Origin: Anaeromyxobacteraceae bacterium
GTDB taxonomy: Bacteria > Myxococcota > Myxococcia > Myxococcales > Anaeromyxobacteraceae
Assembly: GCA_047602405.1 (NCBI GenBank)
Contig: JASGHJ010000001.1
Coordinates: forward strand, 224,001 to 288,000
Reading direction: 5' to 3'
DNA length: 64,000 bases
Position 1 is the first letter of the stretch. Each line of letters starts with the position of its first letter. The position numbers and the translations under genes were made by a program. Shown here piece by piece: positions 21,728 through 31,426 of the stretch. The notes beneath the pieces were generated by a model, which made no database searches, was not told the origin of the DNA, and was given only the letters and a program-made list of their open reading frames with translations.

Positions 21728-21742
21728 GTCCTCTCCCCTCCG

Positions 21743-23032
21743 CTACAGCATCGCCCGCCGGAGGTCCGCGATCACGCCGGCGAGGTGGGTGACGAACCGC
21801 GCCGCCTGCGCGCCGTCGATGACCCGGTGATCGTACGAGAGCGAGAGCGGCAGCATGAGCCGCGGCTGGAAGGCCTTCCCGTCCCACACCGGCCGGGTGA
21901 CGGTGCGCGAGACGCCCAGGATGGCGACCTCGGGCGCGTTGATGATGGGCGTGAAGAAGTGGCCGCCGATCCCGCCCAGGCTCGAGATGGAGAAGGTGCC
22001 GCCCTGCATGTCGCCGGAGGCGAGCTTGCCGTCGCGCGCCTTCCTCGCGAGCTCGGCGGTCTCGGCGGCGAGCTCGAGGACGCCCTTCCGGTCCGCGTCC
22101 TTCACGACCGGGACCATGAGGCCGTTCGGCGTGTCGGCGGCGAAGCCGATGTGGAAGTACTTCTTGAGGACGAGCTCGTCGCCCTGCAGCGAGCTGTTCA
22201 TCTCCGGGAACTTCCGGAGCGAGGCCACGACCGCCTTCACGAGGAACGCGAGCAGCGTGACCTTCGGGCCGCCCGCCTTCTCCTGCTCCTTCGCGAGCGC
22301 CTGGCGCAGCGCCTCGAGGTCGGTGACGTCGGCCTCCTCGTGCTGCGTGACGTGCGGGATCATCACCCAGTTGCGGGCGAGGTTCGCCGCGGAGAGCTTG
22401 CGGATCCGGGCGAGCGGCTTCGCCTCCACCGGGCCGTACTTCGCGAAGTCGACCCTCGGCCAGGGGAGGAGGTCGAGCCCGGCGCCGCCGGCGGGGCGGT
22501 TCACGAGCTCCTTCACGAACCGCTGCACGTCCTCGTGGAGGATGCGGCCCTTCGAGCCGGTGCCGTCCACCTTCGCCACGTCCACGCCGAGCTCGCGGGC
22601 GAACTTCCGGACCGCGGGGGAGGCGTGACTGACGGTGGGGTGATCGGAGTCGGGAGCAGGAGCGGTGACGGGAGCAGGAGCGGGTGCAGGTGCTGCTGCC
22701 GGAGCAGGGGCAGAAGCGGCAGGGGCGGGAGCGGCCGGAGCTGCAGCGGCAGAAGCGGGAGTGGGCTTCTCCTCCACCTTGCCGGGGGCGGCCTCGGCTG
22801 CGTCGAGCGTCAGCACGATCGAGCCCTGCTTCACGCGATCGCCGACCTTGATCTTCACGTCCTTGATCGTGCCGGCGACCGGGCTCGGCACGTCCATCGT
22901 CGCCTTGTCGCTCTCCAGCGTGGCGAGCGCCTGCTCGGCCTTCACGGCCTCACCGGGCTTCACGTGGATCTCGATGACCGGGACGTCCTCGTAGTCGCCG
23001 ATGTCCGGGACCTTGACCTCGATGGCGCTCAT
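21743..23032 (-). CDS. aceF: Pyruvate dehydrogenase E2, single lipoyl domain
   Basis: LESDKATMDVPS, HASPAVRKFAREL, SYDHRVIDGA. Confidence 0.95.
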   Translation of the reverse strand: MSAIEVKVPDIGDYEDVPVIEIHVKPGEAVKAEQALATLESDKATMDVPSPVAGTIKDVKIKVGDRVKQGSIVLTLDAAEAAPGKVEEKPTPASAAAAPAAPAPAASAPAPAAAPAPAPAPVTAPAPDSDHPTVSHASPAVRKFARELGVDVAKVDGTGSKGRILHEDVQRFVKELVNRPAGGAGLDLLPWPRVDFAKYGPVEAKPLARIRKLSAANLARNWVMIPHVTQHEEADVTDLEALRQALAKEQEKAGGPKVTLLAFLVKAVVASLRKFPEMNSSLQGDELVLKKYFHIGFAADTPNGLMVPVVKDADRKGVLELAAETAELARKARDGKLASGDMQGGTFSISSLGGIGGHFFTPIINAPEVAILGVSRTVTRPVWDGKAFQPRLMLPLSLSYDHRVIDGAQAARFVTHLAGVIADLRRAML

Positions 23033-23036
23033 GTCG

Positions 23037-25700
23037 TCACACCGTCCAGGGGGCCGGCTTCTTCGGGTCGATGCCGTACTTCTTGATCGCCTCGGCCACC
23101 TTGCCGGCGGGCACGGCGCCCTCCTCGGCGAGCGACCGCAGCGCCGCGATCGTCACGTGGTGACGGTCGACCTCGAAGAACTTGCGCAGCTTCTCGCGGG
23201 TGTCGGACCGGCCGAACCCGTCGGTGCCGAGCACCGTGTAGCGGCGCGGCACGTACGGGCGGATCTGCTCGGCGAAGGCGCGGACGTAGTCGGTCGAGGC
23301 GACGACGGGCCCGCGGGTCTTCCCGAGGCACCGCTCGACGTAGGACGGCGTCTTCTTGCCCTCGGGGTGGAGCAAGGCCTCGCGCGCGCGGGCCTGGCCC
23401 TCGCGGCCGAGCTCGGTGAAGCTCGGGCAGCTCCACACGTCGGCGTCGACGCCCCAGTGCGACTTGAGGAGGTCGGCGGCGGCGATCACCTCGCGCAGGA
23501 TCGTGCCGGAGCCGAGGAGCTGGACGCGCGGCGCCTTGCCGTCGTCCTTCCCCGCGCCCTTGAAGAGGTACATCCCCTTCAGGATCCCCTCGGCGGCGCC
23601 CGCGGGCATCGCCGGGTGGACGTAGTTCTCGTTCATCACCGTCAGGTAGTAGAAGACGTCCTCCTGCTCCGCGACCATGCGGCGCAGGCCGTCCTGCACG
23701 ATGACGGCGAGCTCGTACTGGAACGTCGGATCGTAGGAGACGCAGTTCGGGATGGTGGCGGACACGAGGTGCGAGTGGCCGTCCTCGTGCTGCAGCCCCT
23801 CGCCGTTCAGCGTCGTGCGCCCGGCGGTGCCGCCGCACAGGAAGCCGCGCGCCCGCATGTCGCCGGCCGCCCAGGCGAGGTCGCCGATCCGCTGGAACCC
23901 GAACATCGAGTAGTAGACGTAGAAGGGGATCATCTGGACGTTGTGCGTGGAGTACGCGGTCGCCGCCGCGATCCAGTCGCACATGCCGCCCGCCTCGGTG
24001 ATGCCCTCCTGCAGCACCTGGCCCGCCTTGTCCTCGCGGTAGAACGCGAGCTGCGCGCGGTCCTCCGGCGTGTAGAGCTGGCCGACCGAGCTCCAGATGC
24101 CGAGCGCGCGGTACATGCCCTCCATGCCGAAGGTGCGGCCCTCGTCCGGGACGATGGGCACGATCCGCTGGCCGATGGCCTTGTCGCGCGCGAGCGTCTG
24201 GATCATCTGCACGAGCGCCATCGTGGTGGAGATCTCGCGGTCCTCGGTGGAGTCGAGGAAGCGCTTGAAGGCGTCGGGCCCCGGCACGGGCAGGGACGGC
24301 GTCACCTTGCGGCGGCGCTTCGGCCGGTCGCCGCCGAGCTCCTTGCGGCGGGCCTTCAGGTACTCGGCCTCGCGCGAGCCCTCCTCGAACCGGAGGAACG
24401 GCACCTTCTCGAGGTCGGCGTCGGCCACCGGGATCTGGAACCGGTCGCGGAAGCTCCGGATCGCGTCGGTGTCCATCTTCTTCTGCTGGTGCGTGATGTT
24501 CTGGGCCTCGCCGGCCTCGCCCATGCCGTAGCCCTTGATCGTCTTCGCGAGGATGACGGTGGGCTGGCCCTGGTGCTGCGAGGCCTCGTGGTAGGCCGCG
24601 TACACCTTGAACGGATCGTGGCCGCCGCGGTTGAGGCGCCAGATGTCCTCGTCGGAGAGGTCCGCGACGAGGTCCTTCAGCTCCGGCGTGTTGAAGAAGT
24701 GCTCGCGGACGTAGGCGCCGTTCTTCGACTTGTAGGTCTGGTAGTCGCCGTCGACCGACTCGAGCATCCGCTTCTGCAGGATGCCCTTCTTGTCGCGGGC
24801 GAGCAGCTTGTCCCAGTGCCGGCCCCAGACGACCTTGATGACGTTCCAGCCGGCGCCGCGGAAGACCGCCTCGAGCTCCTGGATGATCTTGCCGTTGCCG
24901 CGGACCGGGCCGTCGAGCCGCTGCAGGTTGCAGTTCACGACGAAGATGAGGTTGTCGAGCTTCTCGCGCCCGGCCATGTGCAGGGCGCCGGTCGACTCGG
25001 GCTCGTCCATCTCGCCGTCGCCGCAGAACGCCCAGACCTTGCGGCCCTTCGTCTCCACGATGCCGCGCGAGTCCAGGTAGCGCATGAAGCGCGCCTGGTA
25101 GATCGACATGATCGGCCCGAGCCCCATCGACACGGTGGGGAACTGCCAGAAGTCGGGCATCAGCCACGGGTGCGGGTACGACGAGAGCCCCTTCCCGTCG
25201 ACCTCCTGGCGGAAGCTCTCGAGCTGGGTGTCGCTGACGAGGCCGAGCAGGTACGCGCGCGCGTAGATGCCGGGGGCGGAGTGGCCCTGGATGTAGACGA
25301 GGTCGCCGCCGCGCTCCTCGGTCCACGCCTTCCAGAAGTGGTTGTAGCCGACGTCGTAGAGCGTCGCGGCCGAGGCGAAGCTCGCGATGTGCCCGCCCAC
25401 GTTGGTGGTGCGGTTCGCGCGCACGACCATCGCCATCGCGTTCCACCGGATGTAGTGGCGGATGGTCTGCTCGAGCGAGAAGTCGCCCGGGAAGCGCGCC
25501 TGGCGATCGACGGGGATGGTGTTGAGGTAGGCGGTGTTCGCGCTGAAGGGCAGCCACGCGCCCGACTTCCGCGCGCGATCGATCAGCTGCTCGATGAGGA
25601 AGTGGGCCCGCTCGGGCCCCTCGCGATCGAGCACGCCCTCGAGGGCTTCGAGCCACTCCGAGGTTTCCTGGGGATCGAGGTCGGCAGGCTTCTGGTCCAT
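23037..25700 (-). CDS. aceE: Pyruvate dehydrogenase E1, homodimeric type
   Basis: DLDPQETSEW, GGHIASFAS, QFPTVSMGLGP, GDGEMDEPE, GEGLQHEDG. Confidence 0.97.
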   Translation of the reverse strand: MDQKPADLDPQETSEWLEALEGVLDREGPERAHFLIEQLIDRARKSGAWLPFSANTAYLNTIPVDRQARFPGDFSLEQTIRHYIRWNAMAMVVRANRTTNVGGHIASFASAATLYDVGYNHFWKAWTEERGGDLVYIQGHSAPGIYARAYLLGLVSDTQLESFRQEVDGKGLSSYPHPWLMPDFWQFPTVSMGLGPIMSIYQARFMRYLDSRGIVETKGRKVWAFCGDGEMDEPESTGALHMAGREKLDNLIFVVNCNLQRLDGPVRGNGKIIQELEAVFRGAGWNVIKVVWGRHWDKLLARDKKGILQKRMLESVDGDYQTYKSKNGAYVREHFFNTPELKDLVADLSDEDIWRLNRGGHDPFKVYAAYHEASQHQGQPTVILAKTIKGYGMGEAGEAQNITHQQKKMDTDAIRSFRDRFQIPVADADLEKVPFLRFEEGSREAEYLKARRKELGGDRPKRRRKVTPSLPVPGPDAFKRFLDSTEDREISTTMALVQMIQTLARDKAIGQRIVPIVPDEGRTFGMEGMYRALGIWSSVGQLYTPEDRAQLAFYREDKAGQVLQEGITEAGGMCDWIAAATAYSTHNVQMIPFYVYYSMFGFQRIGDLAWAAGDMRARGFLCGGTAGRTTLNGEGLQHEDGHSHLVSATIPNCVSYDPTFQYELAVIVQDGLRRMVAEQEDVFYYLTVMNENYVHPAMPAGAAEGILKGMYLFKGAGKDDGKAPRVQLLGSGTILREVIAAADLLKSHWGVDADVWSCPSFTELGREGQARAREALLHPEGKKTPSYVERCLGKTRGPVVASTDYVRAFAEQIRPYVPRRYTVLGTDGFGRSDTREKLRKFFEVDRHHVTIAALRSLAEEGAVPAGKVAEAIKKYGIDPKKPAPWTV

Positions 25701-25894
25701 TGGGCTCGTACTCCTAACGGGGCGCGAGGTCAGGGTAAAGGATTCCTGCGGGGGCGCCGGGCCGGGGGATATCGCGTTCACCCGTGGTCTGGGTTGCCCC
25801 ACCCCGGGCAGCACACCCCACACCCGGGGCCCTTGACCCCCTCGTCGGGCGTTTGCGACATAGGGCGCTCACCCCCGCCGTACCAGGCCGCACC

Positions 25895-27139
25895 ATGAAA
25901 AGACCTCTCCGACTCGTCCTCACCGGCGTGGGGGCGCTCGCCCTCGCGATCGCCCTCGCGGCCGGCGCCGCCACCCTGTACGCGATGCGTCAGTTCGAGG
26001 CCCGGCACGCCCTCGTCCTGCCCGCCGCCTTCACGCCCGCCCGGAGCCCCGAGGCGCTCGCCCGCGGCAAGCACCTCTTCGACACCATCTGCGCCCAGTG
26101 TCACGTCGACGCGAAGGGGCTCGCCGCCGGCCAGCACATGGCCGACGTGCCCGAGTTCCTCGGCAAGTTCTACACGGCCAACATCACCCGTCACCCCGTG
26201 GGCGGCATCGGCGCCTGGTCCGACGCGGACCTCGTGCGCGTGCTCCGCACCGGCGTGAAGCGCGACGGCCGGCTCGCGGTGGTCATGCCGCAGTTCACGG
26301 GGCTCTCCGACGACGACCTCGCCGCGATCGTCGGCCACCTCCGCTCCGACGACCCGGCCTTCACGCCGGTCGCCGAGCGCCAGCCGCCGGTCGAGGGCAC
26401 CGTCGTCGGGAAGCTCATCCTCACCTTCGTCGCCGGCGCGGACCCGAAGCCGATGCCGGCGCACCCGGTCGTCGCGCCGCCGGTGGGGCCGACCGCCGAC
26501 TACGGCCGCTACCTCGTGAAGGACGTGCTCCTCTGCGGCGACTGCCACTCCCCGGGCTTCGCGGGCGACAAGTCGGAGGGCAAGGAGGCCTTCACCGGCG
26601 GCTTCGAGTTCGTGGGCGCGCGCGGGGAGAAGGTCTTCTCCGCGAACCTCACGCCGGACGCCGACACCGGCATCGGCCGGATGACCGAGGCCGAGTTCGT
26701 GCGCGCGCTCCGCGAGGGCGTGCGCCCCGACGGCACGACGCTCCGCCCGCCCATGCCCCCCTTCCGCACGCTCGACGAGGTGGAGGCCCGCGCCGTTTAC
26801 GCGTGGCTCCGCACGCTCGCCCCGGCGCACCACCCGGTACCCCGGCCCGCGGCGGACCCCCTGCCGCCGGAGGGCGGCGTGGCCGCGCGGTTCGTCACGC
26901 TCGGCTGCGTCGCGTGCCACGGCGAGGGCGCCGCCTTCCGCGAGAAGCTCCGGCCCGCCGCGGGCCAGCCGCTCGAGGAGGTCGCCGCGCGCATCCTCCA
27001 CCCCGAGCGCTTCAACCCGCGCTCGCCCATGCCGCCGTTCGCCGGCCGCATCGACGAGGCCGAGGCGCGCGCGCTCGCTGCGCACGTGCAGGAGCTCTCG
27101 CGCCGCCTGCCGCCGCCCGCCCAGGTGGCCGACCGCTGA
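25895..27139 (+). CDS. Membrane-anchored trihaem cytochrome c
   Basis: CAQCH, CGDCH, CVACH; ANIT/ANLTP repeats; N-terminal TM. Confidence 0.88.
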   Translation: MKRPLRLVLTGVGALALAIALAAGAATLYAMRQFEARHALVLPAAFTPARSPEALARGKHLFDTICAQCHVDAKGLAAGQHMADVPEFLGKFYTANITRHPVGGIGAWSDADLVRVLRTGVKRDGRLAVVMPQFTGLSDDDLAAIVGHLRSDDPAFTPVAERQPPVEGTVVGKLILTFVAGADPKPMPAHPVVAPPVGPTADYGRYLVKDVLLCGDCHSPGFAGDKSEGKEAFTGGFEFVGARGEKVFSANLTPDADTGIGRMTEAEFVRALREGVRPDGTTLRPPMPPFRTLDEVEARAVYAWLRTLAPAHHPVPRPAADPLPPEGGVAARFVTLGCVACHGEGAAFREKLRPAAGQPLEEVAARILHPERFNPRSPMPPFAGRIDEAEARALAAHVQELSRRLPPPAQVADR

Positions 27140-27167
27140 CTTCACCGCGGGCCCGAGGACCGCTACC

Positions 27168-27863
27168 ATGCGGCCCTTGGGCCCGCGCGACCAGCGCCCC
27201 GCCGGCGAGGATCCGGACGCCGCGCTCGTGGAGCGCGCGCGCGCCGGCGACGCCGCCGCGTTCACGGCGCTCGTGCGCCGGCACGGGCCCGCCGTGCAGC
27301 GGGTGGCCCGGCTGTTCGTGCGCGAGCCCGCCTCCGCCGAGGAGGTGGCCGCCGACGCCTGGCTCGCCGCGCTCGAGGGGCTGGCGCGCTTCGAGGGGCG
27401 GGCCGCGTTCCGCTCCTGGCTCCTCGGCATCACGGCCAACAAGGCGCGGACCCGCGGGGTGCGCGACGCCCGGGCCGTGCCGTTCTCCGCGCTCGCGTCG
27501 GCGGAGGCGCAGTCCCCCGCCGAGGACGTCCTCGCCGGCCGGTTCGACGGCGGCGGGCACTGGCGCACGTTCCCCGCGGAGTGGCACGAGGACTCGCCCG
27601 AGGCGCTGGCGCTCCGGCAGGAGACCCGGGGTGTGCTCGAGCGGGCGATCGGCCGCCTGTCCGAGGCCCAGCGGGCCGTCATCACGCTGCGGGACCTCGA
27701 GGGGCTGCCTTCCGAGGAGGTCTGTAATCTCCTGGGGCTCACGGAGACCAACCAGCGGGTGCTCCTGCACCGGGCCCGGACGCGCGTCCGGGCGGAGCTG
27801 GAGCGCCACCTTTCCGGGGACGCCGGAACCGGCGAGACTGACGCAGGGGAGAACGTGTCGTGA
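27168..27863 (+). CDS. ECF sigma factor (RpoE-like)
   Basis: AGDAAAF, FEGRAAFRSWL, NQRVLLHRAR. Confidence 0.9.
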   Translation: MRPLGPRDQRPAGEDPDAALVERARAGDAAAFTALVRRHGPAVQRVARLFVREPASAEEVAADAWLAALEGLARFEGRAAFRSWLLGITANKARTRGVRDARAVPFSALASAEAQSPAEDVLAGRFDGGGHWRTFPAEWHEDSPEALALRQETRGVLERAIGRLSEAQRAVITLRDLEGLPSEEVCNLLGLTETNQRVLLHRARTRVRAELERHLSGDAGTGETDAGENVS

Positions 27864-28105
27864 TGCTGGGCTGCCGCGACGTGACCGCGCTCGTGACCGA
27901 CTACGTCGAGGGCCGGCTCTCGCTCGTCGACCGGCTGCGGTTCCGGTTCCACCTCGTCGGCTGCCGCGGCTGCCGCGCCTACGTGCGGCAGATGGCGCTC
28001 ACCTCCCGCTCGCTCGGCGCCTTGCCGCCGCCGGCGCTCGACGCGCACGTGGAGGCGGAGCTCCTGCGCCGGTTCGAGGGGTGGAAGAAGTCGAGCGGGG
28101 GCTGA
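27860..28105 (+). CDS. zf-HC2 (ZAS) anti-sigma factor
   Basis: HLVGCRGC (HxxxCxxC), overlaps sigma stop. Confidence 0.88.
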   Translation: MMLGCRDVTALVTDYVEGRLSLVDRLRFRFHLVGCRGCRAYVRQMALTSRSLGALPPPALDAHVEAELLRRFEGWKKSSGG

Positions 28106-28124
28106 GATCCGGTAGATCCGGTAC

Positions 28125-28966
28125 GTGCCCGCGGAGTTCGACAGCGACGTCACGCGCCCGCTGGACCGGCCGAGATCGAGCGCCCGCGACGACCGCCGCC
28201 TGCTCTTCATGGGGACGGGCGTCCTCGTGTTCGTGGCGGTCGTCGACGCCGCCCTCGCGGGCCTGGGTCCGCGGACGCCGCTCTGGGCGGCGTGGATCGC
28301 GCTGTTCCTCGCGAGCGCCTGGGCGATGGGCGCTTCTCCGGGGCCGTCACCGCCGCCCTCGCCTACGTCCCCGGCCTCGGCGCGATCGTCTTCCTCACCG
28401 CGCTCGCCGCGGTGAGCGGTGGGGCCACCAGCCCGTTCCTGCAGTTCCTCCTCACGATCCCGCTCCTCAGCGCCATCGCCCGGCCCGGGCGCATCGTGGA
28501 GCCCAGCCTCTTCGGCGTCGCTTCGGTCGTGGCGGGGGCCACCCTGCTCGTCCTCGGCGGCGCCCCGGGGACGGACCTCGTGCTGTGGGTCGCCACGACC
28601 GCCGCCGCGGTGACCTTCGCGGTGGTCTCCGGCCGGCTCGAGGGCCGGCGCCAGGCGCGCTACCTCGAGTCGGAGCGCGAGCGCGCGGACGCGCTCGCCC
28701 GGCTCGCCGAGATCGAGCGGGCGCAGGCCGCCGCCCAGGCCTGGGTCGCGAAGGGCCAGCTCGCCGAGGAGGTCGCGCACGCGCTCAACAGCCCGCTCGG
28801 CGCGGCGCGCTCGTCGCTCGCGTACGCGCGGGCGGAGCTCGAGCAGGGCCGGATCGCCCCGGCGCTCGAGGCGATCTGGGACGCCGCCGAGTGCGTGGAG
28901 CGCATCCAGATCGCGATCGCGTCCTTGCAGGTGCTGCACCCGCCGCAGGCGGACCGCCGGACCTGA
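28125..28966 (+). CDS. Multi-TM protein ending in a HisKA-like segment without ATPase domain; frameshift near 28330
   Basis: Hydrophobic ORFs 28125 and 28292 join at gcgatgggcgc; GQLAEEVAHALNSPL H-box. Confidence 0.6.
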
Positions 28967-29003
28967 CTCGAAGGCCTCTGCGCGCCCGCGCTAGACTCCG
29001 GCC

Positions 29004-29204
29004 ATGTGGAACAAGTGCAGCGTCTGCAAGCAGCCGATCGCGTACGGCGCGCCGTACCTGAAGTGCGCGGTCTCCACCTGCAACCGGAAGAGCTTCCAGC
29101 TCTACTTCTGCTCCGACGCCTGCTGGGACGCCCACAACCCCGACCAGAACCATCGCAACCCGGCGTACACCGAGCACGTCGCGCCCAAGGCGCCGGGGGT
29201 GTGA
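29004..29204 (+). CDS. Small Cys/His-rich putative zinc-binding protein
   Basis: CSVC..CAVSTC..FCSDACWDAH; TAGACT -10 six nt upstream; strong GC3. Confidence 0.75.
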   Translation: MWNKCSVCKQPIAYGAPYLKCAVSTCNRKSFQLYFCSDACWDAHNPDQNHRNPAYTEHVAPKAPGV

Positions 29205-29305
29205 CGAAACGGCGCTCCGCACGGGCGCGGTTCTCGAAGCGGCCGGAGCCATCGCGGTGGTAGCCTCCGAGCTGCGCCAGCGGCGCCCGCGAGGGGAAGC
29301 GTCAC

Positions 29306-29770
29306 ATGAGCAAGTGGACGATCGGTGCGGTCCTGGCGGTCACCTCGCTCGCGGCGCCCGCCGCGGCGCGGGCGACGATCTTCTCGGACGAGCTCGGCAA
29401 GTGCATGGTGGAATCGACCACGCAAGCCGACCGCAACGCGATGGTGCGGTGGATGTTCGCCGCCGTCGCGAAGCACCCCGCGGTGAAGGACGTCGTCTCG
29501 GTCTCGCCCGAGCAGCTGGAGGCCGCCTACAAGGGGATGGCGGATCTCATGATGCGCCTGCTGACGAAGGACTGCCGCGAGAAGGCGAGGGCGGCGTTCA
29601 AGGCCGACGGCCCGAGCGCATTCCAGGGGAGCTTCCAGGTCCTCGGGCAGGTGGCGGGGCGCGAGATGTTCGCCGCCCCCGAGGTCGCCCAGAGCATCGC
29701 GGGCCTGACCCGGCATCTCGACGAGGGTCAGCTGAAGGCGCTCGTGCAGGAGACGCCGGCGGCGAAGTAG
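29306..29770 (+). CDS. Secreted hypothetical protein
   Basis: Signal peptide, Cys pair, RBS-like gagggg. Confidence 0.72.
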   Translation: MSKWTIGAVLAVTSLAAPAAARATIFSDELGKCMVESTTQADRNAMVRWMFAAVAKHPAVKDVVSVSPEQLEAAYKGMADLMMRLLTKDCREKARAAFKADGPSAFQGSFQVLGQVAGREMFAAPEVAQSIAGLTRHLDEGQLKALVQETPAAK

Positions 29771-29791
29771 CGCGCGCAGCGCACCGCGACC

Positions 29792-30469
29792 TCACCCGAA
29801 TGCGTCGGAGCGGGGATCCCAGAAGTCGCCCGACAGGCCCAGGCCCGAGAAGATCGCCCGCATCTCGTCCGGCTGGGGTCGCCTGGAGCTCTCCTCGAGG
29901 CGGGTCGCGTACCAGGTCGTCGCGAGCGTCCAGAGCTGGGGCATCGTCACGATCGGCCGCACCGGGCTCCCGGCCGCCTCGCACCACTCGTGAACCCGTT
30001 CTTCCGACCGGAAGAAGAGCATGTTCCTTCAGGTGAAGACGATGTCGTCCCACCACCTCGCCGCCGGGACGAGGCAGTGGAAGAGCCAGTCCGAGCGCGC
30101 GGGCCCGTCGGCCCCCACCTCGAGGTGGAGCGGCTCGCCCGACCGCTCGCAGCGGGAGTGGACCGTGCCCGGCCGGCGCAGCGCGGCGGGGACGCCCAGG
30201 GCGTCCCAGGCGCAGTTGGCGAAGTAGCGCACCCCGCCGGACTCGACGGCGTGCTGGGTCGGGACGCCCGAGAACGGGGAGGCCATCCGGATCGAGCGGC
30301 CGTCCGGCTCGAGGACGAGGAGGCGCTGGGCCCGGAGCCTCGGGTAGGCCTCGAGCACGTCCTCGACGTTCGTGCCGACCCGCCCGGCCACGTCCCCCGG
30401 AGACGGCGGCCCTCCCGTCTCCGCAAAGTGCCGGTAGATCGCCAGCTTCACCTGAACGTCGAAGTCCAC
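29792..30469 (-). CDS. MerB-like organomercurial/organometal lyase, probable selenoprotein (in-frame TGA at 30029-30031)
   Basis: PFSGVPTQH, ANCAWDA, SRCERSG, then FT-TGA-RNMLFFRS in the same frame; GTG start with gggagggg RBS. Confidence 0.85.
29999..30016 (-). promoter_or_regulatory. Candidate bacterial SECIS hairpin
   Basis: Minus strand TTCTTCC-GGTC-GGAAGAA, starting 12 nt after the TGA, G-initiated apical loop. Confidence 0.75.
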
Positions 30470-30596
30470 GGCCCCTCCCGGCGCGGCGCGCGACGCCAGC
30501 CTTCCACACCGGTCGAGGCGCGGCAACGGTGACGACGGGTTCGTGGGTCGGCGACGATCCCGAGATCTCGCGGGTCGCGTTCCGAGGGACGCGAGC

Positions 30597-31370
30597 TCAG
30601 CGCGCCTTCTTGCCGGTCACGTAGCCGATCTGCACCGCGCCCAGCGAGAGGATCCTCGGCAGCCAGGAGAGGAGCGTCTGCACGCTGCGGGCCGCGTCCT
30701 TCTCGCCGTCGAAGCCGGCGTCGCGCAGCGTCCTGGCGTACTGGCCGAGGTGCCGGACGTCGACGATCAGCACGCGCCCGCCGACCTTCAGCACCCGCGC
30801 GATCTCGCGCACGGCGGTCTCTCGCTCGCCGGCGTCGTAGATGTTGTGAATCGCCGCGCTGGAGAGCACGACGTCGAAGCTCCTGTCGTCGAAGGGCAGC
30901 TTGCGTGCGTCGGCCGTCTGCACCTCGACGCGCTCGGCCACGCCTTCGATCGCCGCGTTGTGCAGCGGCGCCGCCGGCTGGTTGCCGCTGAGATCCTCGG
31001 CTTGCCAGATGTCGATGCCGATGGCCCGGCCCGTGCTCAGGCGCCTCGCTGCCCCGACCAGGAACAGCCCGCGCCCGCAGCCGACGTCCAGCACGCGCTC
31101 GTCGCCGCGCCATTCGAGCAGGTCGAGATACGCCTCGCGCTCGCGGACCTTGCCGAACTTGCTCGACCAGATCATCCAGGCCGCCATCACGCCGCAGGAC
31201 AGGCCTGCCGAGATCAGCGGGCGGCCGAGCAGCGCGAAGGGCGACTCCCCGTTCCACAGACCCGCCGCCCGCGTGATCAAGGAGAGGATCCCGAGCGCGC
31301 CCACGATCAGCAGGTTGCGGACCACGGGCGGCGCATCGAGGCCGTAGTCGGCGCGCGGGGGTCTGGTCAT
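30597..31370 (-). CDS. Membrane-anchored class I SAM-dependent methyltransferase
   Basis: DYGLDAP, two TM helices, VLDVGCGRG, LPFDDRSFDVV, RVLKVGG. Confidence 0.88.
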   Translation of the reverse strand: MTRPPRADYGLDAPPVVRNLLIVGALGILSLITRAAGLWNGESPFALLGRPLISAGLSCGVMAAWMIWSSKFGKVREREAYLDLLEWRGDERVLDVGCGRGLFLVGAARRLSTGRAIGIDIWQAEDLSGNQPAAPLHNAAIEGVAERVEVQTADARKLPFDDRSFDVVLSSAAIHNIYDAGERETAVREIARVLKVGGRVLIVDVRHLGQYARTLRDAGFDGEKDAARSVQTLLSWLPRILSLGAVQIGYVTGKKAR

Positions 31371-31426
31371 CGCCGGCATCTTGGGACGGGCGTATCTGCG
31401 CTGACAAGGACCGTCCCTTCCGAAGA

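Noticed and set aside
16872..21887. Very long antisense/alternate-frame ORFs (also 54061..58851, 42781..46275, 47400..50615)
   Set aside because: Arg/Ala/Gly-rich shadow frames of real genes, expected in high-GC DNA
22625..22800. Atypical GCAG-rich repeats within aceF
   Set aside because: Encodes the normal Ala/Pro linker of E2
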